Shown here: positions 54,253-64,000 of the stretch, one piece after another
Position numbering within the stretch: the first letter of the stretch is position 1
Layout: every line of letters begins with the position of its first letter
Assembly: GCA_000320545.1 (NCBI GenBank)
Contig: ADNK01002347.1
Coordinates: 1 to 64,000, forward strand
Direction of reading: 5' to 3'
DNA length: 64,000 bases
Source: Bigelowiella natans CCMP2755
Taxonomy: Eukaryota; Protista; Cercozoa
Translations under genes and position numbers: made by a program
Notes under the pieces: generated by a model
Databases searched by the model: none
What the model was told of the DNA's origin: nothing
What the model saw: the letters and a program-made list of their open reading frames with translations, nothing else

Positions 54253-55050
54253 TCAGCTTTTCCCCATGTTCAAGATTCTCTGGCAGCTAAGAGCGCAATT
54301 TCCAGGATCCAGGACAGTCAGGACAGGTGTCTTTGGAGGCATTTGCAAAGTGGAGTGTATATTAACCATCATGTCTAGATTGTCCTTGAACGGTGGGCAC
54401 GCAATCGTCACATGGGAGGAATTTGCAGCCACAAACCCGGAAAGGGCATTCGAGAGCCCCGCTATCGTCACATACACCAGATGATTTGCATCCTGATAGA
54501 GCTTCAACACCTTCAAAACCTCGAGGGGCTGAATTGGAAAAATGCTATAAGGTCACCATAGAGGAGTAGAAGTCATCAAGCGAGCTCCAAAAACAAGCAT
54601 GAACGACCTGCTTGTGAGCTGATGCGGCATAAGTCTTTGACAAGATCTTCATTTCGTCGAGATGGGCTTTGATTTTGTCCGCCCACCATTGATCGACCTC
54701 GGCATCCATGATAATGACAACCTACACATAGCATCGTTTCAATGACCTCCTTGTTTGCATCACTATTGACACAGGCCAACACTGGAACCTGCGGAGAGGG
54801 CTTTGCTGCCGAAGCTTCCATGCTCATCTGGAAACGGTGATGAGTACTACAACAAATAAGTGAGAAATACAACCCGGTTATATCCTGCGACATACTCTTT
54901 TATATGTCGCAAAATGCAAATCGGAACGGATTCTGCAAGCACCAAACTGCTGCTGATACAACGGCCTGGAAACGGAAGGGTGATGTACCTGTGGAGAAAC
55001 CTCCTTGGGAATTTTTGCTTAAGAAGCCTTCAGTGTTAATGAAACCTTCC
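54253..55050 (-). CDS. purE: PurE / AIR carboxylase domain (class II, PAICS-like), apparently stand-alone with N-terminal extension; 5' end uncertain
   Basis: Exons give VVIIMDAEVDQWWADKIKAHLDEMKILSKTYAASAHKQ|PLEVLKVLKLYQDANHLVYVTIAGLSNALSGFVAANSSHVTIACPPFKDNLDMMVNIHSTLQMPPKTPVLTVLDPGNCALSCQRIL, matching the SAHK, AGxSNxL, IxCPP and SxLxMP motifs. Confidence 0.85.
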
Positions 55051-55526
55051 TAACAGAATGGTTTTATTATTCAGAATGATGAGAGTTCCAAATCATCGGA
55101 ATAAGATCGGTGAAAGGGTGGCGCCCACACCTTGTTACGCAGCCGTCCCAAAACCTCTCTGACTCACTCTTACAAAGCAAATTGAATCAGTGCGACAGAA
55201 ATTCTTCGGATGAACTTCAACGGAAGCTCCGCCATACTCATTGGTGGTTCCCAAGGGAACTCTGGATAAATTTAAGGAAACTTGTGGTCGAGGGCCGGTG
55301 CAAGCACCATTCCTCTATGACCGCATCTCTCGCGTCTAAAAATCTCGAATTGAAAAAGACGCACGTCGGCCGGGGTGTTCCAGGCCACCATTCACGATTA
55401 TCATGCTAATTTAGTGTTATTTTTCTTGTCGCACGTCGTAAACCACAAGCATTCGCATAAAATATCTGAATTTTGGGTGGGAACATCTATCAGACCCACC
55501 GTCCAGCCTGTTGTGCACCCTACTCG

Positions 55527-58500
55527 ATGGCTGCGCAACCCTGCGAGGAAGGCCAAACCTGTGAGTTTGAGCCGTCCTCTAGGGAAGCATGGGTGAGTAA
55601 GGCCTGGGTAATCCTCGAATTAGTTCTAGAAAATATGACTGATGGGATTGTCCAGGCCTGTGAGACCGTTTGGCAAGCGCTTGCCCCCCTCTGTGAGAAT
55701 CCGATGCAGACGTGGGAGAGAGCCAGGGACGGAATAATCCAGGCGTACGAGGCTGTTTGGCAAACGATCGGCCCCCTCTATGAAAGCCCGATGTACACAA
55801 TGGAAAGGGCGTGGGAGGGAGCGATAAATGGATGCACTCGTGCCGGCAACATGTTATCAGAAACGCTCGGTCCTTATGTCGTCAATACGACTATGTACAC
55901 ACCTGAACGAATGCAGGAATGGGCTGTGGGCGGGATGACAAAAGCTTATTCTACGTTGCTGAATAATCCGTTCCGTCTTTTTGACCCTGTAAGCTTTCTG
56001 AAACGGCTGTGGGAGAACTCAATCGAATGGGCCTCCCTTGCGCTAAACGTCAAAGGAAGAATGCTCAGCCCCCACCTCCTCAATGATGATTCATCGCTAT
56101 CATCCTTGGTGAGCCCTGTGGTGGTTCTGCTTCTCCTTTTCCTTCTCCTCCTACATATATATCGAAATTGGTCGAAGGGGGGGGGGCATTCTGAGGATTC
56201 AAAGGTAGTGCATTGGATGATCATCATGCTGCGTACAGTTATTTCGTAATGTATGCATAGACCACTGTTTCTACCGTTGCGAAAGGAATAACGAAGGGGC
56301 TGTGGACTGAAAGAGAACTATGAAATCATTCCCCCTACCCCCTAGCGCCTGTACGAGTATTTTAGGGGTTGGTTTTAAAAGAGAGAAGGATGATAAGAAT
56401 ATGTCCACACTGAAAGGTTTCTGAGTTCTTAGTAAAATCTTCTTTCAATTCCCTCCAAAAGGTATCTATCTACTACAATGCCAAGGCTAGGCTGATGGCT
56501 CGGATAATGGCTCGAGGTGCGTTTCTACTCGTTTTGTTAAATATGAGCATGCTGACAAATACCAAACCTAGCACGTAAATGACATCCTTAGATTATATCT
56601 TGCAAAAACCTGAATTATCCGTCAGATCGTCGTTCCACGCTTTGTTAACGGGAGAGTACCGCGCATATCCTTCCAGCGCCGAGGAGAGAATCAAGCAAGG
56701 GGAGACAGAGGTGGGCGGGATGTGCATTTGCTTTTGCCGCGGTGCTTCTCGAAATGTTGATGTTGCATACTCTCTCGTACTTGCAGTTAAATTTTGTCCC
56801 CTAATAGTCCATGGCTCATCCTTCGTTCAAAATGCGCTCTGGCGTGTCTCCAGAGCCATTCGAAAGGTAGTAATAGCAGCAGTACCACCAGTAATAGCAG
56901 GAGGAGTGGTAGTGGTAGTAGTAGTAGTAGTAGTAGTGTCGGTGAGTGTGAATAATTTCTTGGGTCGTTCTGCTGTCGGTGATTTGCTCTGCATTTGTGC
57001 ATGTTGTGGGTAGAATCTGACCTTCCACGCACACACGCGCGCACGCGTACGCACATGCATGCACACTCGGAGGACCGCGTCTATACTCTGTTGTCACAGT
57101 AATTTTTATCATCCTCCTTCTCCTCCTCCTCCTCCTCCTCCTCTTTCTTCTTCATCTTCTTTTTCTTCTTTTACTTGCAGAGAGCGGCAAGAACTGTGGG
57201 TGCGTGGTCGCGCAAGGCTAGATCCACGTGGAATCGACCCGCCTCAGCGGCGGAAATATACCAGTAGCGAAATGAAAGGTGTGCCCGCAAAAGTTACTTT
57301 GGAACTCTCCAAACATGATCATACCGTCGTTGGCCTTTGCATTTGCTGATGCTTTCCCTCCATTGTTTGTGTCTTTTGCGGTCGTACGCTCATTCGTCTC
57401 GTTGTTGTTTTTGTTTGTTGTTGAAGAAGAGGAAGAAGAAGAAGGCGCTGTCTATCTTGATTGGGTTAATCCAGAGAAAGGGTGATGATGATAATGTTAA
57501 CGATGATGATGATGATGATGATGATGATCGTGATTTCTCATCTTTCAACCTCTGTGTTCTCTCCCCTCTCCCTTCCTCTGAAAGAATCGAAATCTGCTGG
57601 TACTCCTCTTTGTGTGTTAGGAATGGGTTTATCTTAGCAAAATTGATAAGATTCTACCCTATAGAATAATTCCTCTTACCTGTCTGTGTGCGTGTTTATC
57701 TACTCCTCCTCCTCCTCCTCCTCCTCCTCCTCCTTTTTCTTCTTTTTCTTCTTTTCTTCCCTTTTGTCAGGGAGCTACCTCCAGAGATCAAAAAGGAAAT
57801 CAGCACCCCGATTCTCATCATACATGTAGTAAATAATCACTACAAACCCACAAATAATGATATATGCCTTTTCGTTCCTGTCCGCCCCCCTCCCCCTCTT
57901 CCATTCTTATCTTCTTCGTATTACGTAAAGCTGATTTTTGTACCGATTATATCAGGCAACACCTGTCTCGTTGACTCGGTCTGCTATTGAGCGCCTGGTC
58001 AAAATTGCTTCTGCAGGTAGTGGTGGTGGTAGTTCTGCATGATTCTTCTTCATCTTCTTCTTCATCTTCTTCATCTTCTTCTTCGTCGTTGTCGCTCAAT
58101 CTTTCTCCCCTACCATCAGGCGTTCATGGCTACCGGTGCTGCATTGTGTATGGGAGGGGAGACCCGCCAGAAATTCCAGGGAGGGGGCTCAAATCGAAGC
58201 GACGATTCTCTCCGAGGTTAGCGCGAGAAATCCTATGTTCCATGCAAAATAATAGTAGAAGCTTCCTCGCTTTCTTATTCTTCGATCAACCCCCCCCCCC
58301 CCCCTTTCCCCCCTCTTCCATCTGCCTTCCGTTTCACTGTCTATTTCTCTCAAGTCGGTATTGTTCCGCAGTTAATTATTTACCAAATATATGCACGATA
58401 GATCTCGTGTGTAAGTGTGTACCTCGACGCAATATCCCTGATCCCTTTATGATTGCGCTCATTTTAGTGACTCTAGCGACCTGAGAGAAGCGATCCAGGA

Positions 58501-59516
58501 GGTGTCCAAGCAATATCCGAAGGTGAGATGGCGGTGATGGCGGTGATGCTTTACATTCCTCGCTCTTTTTGTTTTTCTGCCGTTGTGAGAATCTTCTCAC
58601 AAAATCCCTCTTCTCCTTCTCCATTTCCTAACAGTCTCCGCTACTTGCTGCGGGAATCGGTTTATCCGGAAACTCTCTCATACGGTTACTACTACATCTC
58701 AGAAATGAAATTTAACAAAAAAATGAGAAGCAGACAGCTGTGTATATGCATGTTTGCGTGCCTTCTTCTCTGTGCACGGACCTGATCGCTCAGCTTATGA
58801 TGCGTGAAGAATATCCGTGGTTGGGAGGGGGGGGAGAGAAGGAGGAAGAGAAGAAGGATGAGGGAGGAGGAGGACCAAAGCACCCCAAGCACAATTGCAT
58901 CGCATACATACGGCATACAAGATAAAGAGCCATGTTTTCGCATGAAAATTCTAAGGAAGAGAGAGTTTGTCGCTCTCTCCTATCGTCGTCGTAATTAGCG
59001 GCCATCACCTCTTTCGCATGATATTCAAAATAACGAATTCCATTGCTTTGTCGTATGTAAAAAGGTATATGGCCGAGGAGGGAGATCTTTGCCAGCTTCA
59101 TGCCGCCGCAGTGCTCGGATGCACCTTCGATTTAGAGGCTCTTTGTGCCCAGACAAAGCCAGAAGTCTTCTCTATGAGGGGGGGGGGGGGGGGATTTATA
59201 CATCGTCAGTTCCTACGACAGATATCCGCCCTTCTAGAACCCAACAGCATGCCGATGAGCGAGATCAAAGAGAAAATCTGGGAGAAATGGGTGAAGGAGA
59301 CCTCCAAGGCCTATGCTTTCCCCACGGTAGGAGCACGTGTATTGCAGCATTTGATGACGATAGTGATGAGGAGGAGATGGTGATTATGAAGATGATGATG
59401 ATGATGATTATGATGGTGGGAACTGACGCGTCGAGGAGAGGAAGAAAGAAAGAAGATAGTGACGGCAAATCGCACTCACACACCGCGTCTCTTCGGTTCC
59501 CCCCCCCCTCCCCCCC

Positions 59517-59558
<42 letters not shown>

Positions 59559-60483
59559 CAACCTGAAATCTGATACGAATATCATAGCATCGAGCATTCC
59601 TCCGCAGCTGCGGATGTGGGGATAAGCTGTTAGATGTGAAACGCCCTCTTTTCCTACTTAAATCCCTCAACGATGCTGGGGGAGGGCTCATCGCTCAGTA
59701 CCCCTTAGAGGAGGTGCTGAGAAGCGAAAGCATTGTCCTTGCTGTCACACAAGGGGGGGGTGAAAGTCTGTGCTGGTGAGAATAATCCTTCGCGTTGTTT
59801 TCTGTTTCAAAGAAATTTATTTTCCACATTCACGTCTATGCAGTTGCGCTTTTGGTGAGAGAGAGAGGAGGGGGGGAGAGTATGGGAGAAATAGTGTGCG
59901 TGTGCATGTGAAAGATGAGGATGAGCGGAGCAGTAGCAAAGAGCAACCTCCTCCTTCTATTTATGATCGCTTTGTGCTGCAGGTATGACAACGCCGCTTT
60001 TTCCTACAAATCTGCTCGAGAGGGAGGCGCCAACAGAAAAAGGGCTGCTGCAGACAATGTACTAACATAATTATGATCACGATGATGATGAGGAGGAGGA
60101 GGAGGAGGAGGAGGGTGGTGGTGGTCGACAAATAATTGACGACGGCTGCATCCTCCTCCGTTGCTGCATGTGCCCCCCCCACTCCTCTTTCCACTTCTTC
60201 GGCCCATACAAAGCGAGTGCGGCGAAACAGACAGTTGCGTGTTAATAATGTCAGACCGATAGCTGGGCGGCTCGATTGACGTTGGAATTTCTTCATGCTG
60301 CGCTGAAGGTGAGTTGGCGGAGCTCTTGAATGATGCTGTGGCGAGAATGCTTCGCGTGTCTTTTGGAGCAAATTGTTGGGATTTCGTCCGCGACAGAGAG
60401 AATCGTCGTCGCTTTCGAGAAATCCTAATAATAATAAATAATGATGATATAATAATAGACGTGTCTCCTTTAAATGTGTATCC

Positions 60484-60519
<36 letters not shown>

Positions 60520-60737
60520 AAAATTCATATATATAAATACGAATATTTTCCACCAGGAAGCGCCTCCATGCGAATCCCTAGAGCGTCTGCACGAGCAGCA
60601 TTTGTTTCGGATCTTGCAGCAGTACAAGGCGAAAGCTGCTGCTGATGATAAGAGTCTAGGAAAAAAGAGGGAGACTAAGGGAACAAAGCAGGCTGTGGTG
60701 AAAGGAGCAGGAGGTTGATTATTTTTTGGGATTTTAA

Positions 60738-60775
<38 letters not shown>

Positions 60776-62025
60776 TATGCGTGCGTGTCCTTAAACCTCG
60801 AAGATTTTGTTTTTCTAACGGGCAAACCTGCGCCGGGAGATGAGTACACCGCGAAAGGACATCTCAAAAAATATACTGTCCTTAACGAACGATATGTGTT
60901 AATATATCAGGTGGTCATAGGCAGAGGAAGGATCTATCGGCAGCTTTGTCTTCGCAAGTTCCACTAGCACTTTTACAAGCCTTCTCCAACAGCAGCAGCC
61001 TGATGGATGGCAGCAGCAGCAGCAACAACAACAACCCTCTATTCGCAGAGATTCTTCAAATGTTTCAGAAGGCATCGGCGCGGGATGGGAAAGAACATGA
61101 AGGGGGGGTAGGAAGTGGGGGATTAGGAGGATTAGAAGGAGGAGGAGGAGGAGATATGAAAAAAGATTCCAACATCATTAATGATACGACCCGCCAACAG
61201 CGAAGAAAACCACCCGCACAAGACAATGGCCAAACGAGCCCAGCTTCTAAGCAAAGAGGAAGAGGATCAAGCAAGAAGACAAAGACTACCATGCGTGCTG
61301 TCGGTAGCACCGATGAAGCGACGAGGAAGCAAACGAAAATGGCTCAGCAGCTTGCTAACTCTCGATCTGAAGCTGTGAGGATGGCGAAGAGGATACGGGA
61401 GATGGAGACCAAGCTTAGGCAAAAAGAAAACTCAATCTCCGAAGCGAATACGCGTGCGGACAGGGCGGCGTCGAGAGCGAAATCGTTAAAACTAGAAACC
61501 GAAGCAGCCAAGAAAAAATTCAATAAACTCAACAAACGCTCCGAGGCCCAGCTCTCCGCACTAATGGAGGACAAGGAGCGTCTGATCCGTGAAAAGGGGG
61601 AGGCAGAGCGCTCAAAAGCCGCTGCTGTGAGCAAGATGAAAATGGAAATGGCGAAGAACGACCACTTGGCAGAGGAACTCGCCGCGGCCAGGACGCACAT
61701 ACAGAATGGAATGAAGGAGAAGAATCGTGAATCACCAGGGTTGGGGGAAGAGGCAGAAAAGCGGATTAACGAAGAAGAAGTAGAGCAGCAGCATCGTCAT
61801 CACCATGCTCAAAGTAAAGAGGGAGGAGGGCAGACCGGGGAAAGAAATCAGCAGCGACAAACACGATCTCAAGAACAAAAAACTTCATCACACGTGAGAA
61901 CCGTCGAAACAGAGGATTCCACTCCGATGGAGAAGGCTGAGGGCAAGAAGAAGAAGGACAAGCAGCAGGTTACTCGACACGGATTCGTCGTTCATACTCG
62001 GAAGGCCTCTTCACCAAGTTTATAA
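55527..62025 (+). CDS. Large multi-exon hypothetical protein(s): N-terminal 29-aa amphipathic repeats and a TM helix, C-terminal coiled coil
   Basis: Long ORFs 55473-56249 and 60946-62025 lie on the same strand with many GT-AG-bounded complex segments between them. A single gene is inferred, not proven. Confidence 0.5.
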
Positions 62026-62265
62026 TTTCTCCAATCGTACAGTTCCCAATCATCAAATAGGTCAATAATAAACGATCTGAACACGCGACGACACGCATGT
62101 ATTTCAACTACGATGCAGGCGCATATGTGCAGATCATGAGGTGACTACTCGCAATCTACCATCTTCCTTATTGTTAACTGTGTTATGAGTATGTAGCGAG
62201 AGCGGCGGTAATGCCCATATCATGCATGTATAAATATAAACGAGCTGCTAGTACTTACCAAAGTA

Positions 62266-62335
62266 TGAGACGGATGTAATGGACAAGCTAGCAAGTTAAA
62301 TTTGTTCAATTGTCATCCTAATGTTTGCTGTGCAA
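62266..62335 (+). repeat. Dispersed intergenic repeat, copy 4
   Basis: tgagacggatgtaat...ttaaatttgttcaattgtcatcctaatgtttgctgtgcaa. Confidence 0.7.
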
Positions 62336-62821
62336 AGATTGTAGAAAGTACACACAGTTGCAGTCGTGGGAGTGTATCTTTGAAGTCAACAAATGACCCG
62401 CTATTGCGAGGCTCCGAGGCACGCGCGCGCGCACACACACACACGCTCGCGAACATGACACGTGCAACTCCACTGCGCTTCCACACTACACGTACATACT
62501 AGCATGGTTCTAGACACTGAAAATCAGCATGCCGTGGCATGCTAGCATGTCCTTAGCGTGCTGGTACGTCATTGGCTTGTGGGCTGAGAATCTATCATGT
62601 GCTAGCTACCAGAAGATAGCCATGGCATGGTGTCGTATGGCGAAAGTGCGTGCTAGTATACGTAATAGTGGTTGTTATGTGCATCTTAGATGATGCTGTC
62701 TATATGTGGCCGCAGCAGATCCGGGCTTGCTAGCTTACTTCATCAGTTTCAAAGCATTCCAAATCGCTGCATGCGAACATCTCCACCAAAACCATTACAC
62801 AATAAGTGACGTGTTGAATCG

Positions 62822-64000
62822 CTAGCTTGCAACAACCGCATAGATCCGAATCGACAGTATGACTGATGCCATGGTACACCAATATATTACACCATGATTT
62901 TTCCAATTGTCTCTCGCCTCGTCCCTGATGTGTTTGACTGATGTGCGTCGGATCTCGTCATGATCGATTTTTCTATCATCTCCTTTCTTGGCTATCACCG
63001 CGTTTCCTCTGCGTGGCGGTGGATGTGGACGAAGGGAGATTGCTGCGGACATTTCAGAGTTATTCTGTGAAGAGTTTTTAACGGTGTTCATGGACAATTG
63101 ACCACTACTGGTGATGGGCTTTCTTCCTGTAAATGCCAACCCTTTGCTAAGCCGTGCAATCGCCTGTAGTTCTACTTCTGCATTTACTTCGAGCCGAGTT
63201 AGCCGGTCGGTAAGGGAGCGAGTAGCAAAGAAACGAGTAATATATGTCGTCGGAATTAGAACCGAAAATACGTAAAGAGTATTGATTATAGCATTTCTTT
63301 CCAAAGGCAGCAACCGACTACCCCATTGAGAGCAGAAATACTGGACGACCACAACTACGAGGATGAGGGGCGACGCAGCGGTCTCAGACACGGTGTTCTG
63401 CTTTAAAGTCACTACATCAGCTTTGAACAACTTTAACAGTTCGCTTGGCGTCTCTGCGTCGCTGAAGTTATTGTTGAAATATTCGTGCAAGAAGCCGGAG
63501 TCGCGAACATAATTTGAAGATGAAGTTAAGAAGAGCATTATAGCAAACTCCAAGTTGAGCTTACTGTCTGCATAAAGCGAACTGACGATGAAGTCCTCCG
63601 CAAACTGCCAGCTGAATATCAGGGAATGTAATCTCTCGCGCTTATAAATGTTCTTAAGTACATCAAGATGACATTGTGTCGCGTAAGCACCAAGGGGGAA
63701 TACTATTTTTAAGATAAGAAAGAGGCCCACATGCTTGAACTGGATACCTTTGACTAATCTACTTAAAAACGCGTAAAGAGAGCCGCTGACCCTCGGATTA
63801 TATGCTGCTAATCCAACATATAAAATGTACCCAATCTCGTCATGCTGCAAGCATGTTCTCATTGAGGGGAGAATTATAAAATAACTGAATACACTCCACA
63901 TAACCCAGACAAATTCAAGCAACAAGAATAAACTGCGGCTATGGGCAAATGCTAACATCTGCAATGCTGTGAGAAACATCAAAGGGGCATATAATAGGCA
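62822..64000 (-). CDS. Multi-pass membrane protein (about 7 hydrophobic segments), 5' end probably beyond the window
   Basis: 386-codon intronless ORF with repeated hydrophobic helices; no family recognised. Confidence 0.7.
   Translation of the reverse strand, partial: CLLYAPLMFLTALQMLAFAHSRSLFLLLEFVWVMWSVFSYFIILPSMRTCLQHDEIGYILYVGLAAYNPRVSGSLYAFLSRLVKGIQFKHVGLFLILKIVFPLGAYATQCHLDVLKNIYKRERLHSLIFSWQFAEDFIVSSLYADSKLNLEFAIMLFLTSSSNYVRDSGFLHEYFNNNFSDAETPSELLKLFKADVVTLKQNTVSETAASPLILVVVVVQYFCSQWGSRLLPLERNAIINTLYVFSVLIPTTYITRFFATRSLTDRLTRLEVNAEVELQAIARLSKGLAFTGRKPITSSGQLSMNTVKNSSQNNSEMSAAISLRPHPPPRRGNAVIAKKGDDRKIDHDEIRRTSVKHIRDEARDNWKNHGVIYWCTMASVILSIRIYAVVAS

Overview
Gene-dense, intron-rich eukaryotic nuclear DNA using the standard genetic code and GT-AG introns, many introns packed with microsatellites. 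A bipartite-looking leader on acetyl-CoA synthetase suggests an alga with a secondary plastid, chlorarachniophyte-like (inference only). Most short ORFs in the track are microsatellite artefacts, so genes were rebuilt by splicing by eye. Genes in order: Rid (YjgF/YoaB-like) deaminase (+), acetyl-CoA synthetase (-), a possible micro-gene (+), organellar PheRS (-), a ~2400-aa TPR-like/C2-like/DENN/PH protein (+), a myristoylated ankyrin protein (-), a PhoD-like phosphatase (+), a hypothetical (-), a TMD0-like membrane protein with three PX domains and a DEP domain (+), an ankyrin gene built of 99-nt one-repeat exons (+), a BT1 folate-biopterin transporter (-), a class C GPCR-like gene (+), a stand-alone PurE (-), a coiled-coil hypothetical (+) and a multi-pass membrane protein at the right edge (-). 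The strongest unexplained signal is a ~2.7-kb island (about 40250-42900) around the duplicated-exon ankyrin gene. There TpA is almost erased while CpG remains, and duplicated segments differ mainly at TA/CA/TG sites. This looks like a regional, RIP-like but opposite-polarity TpA->TpG/CpA (A:T->G:C) mutational process.
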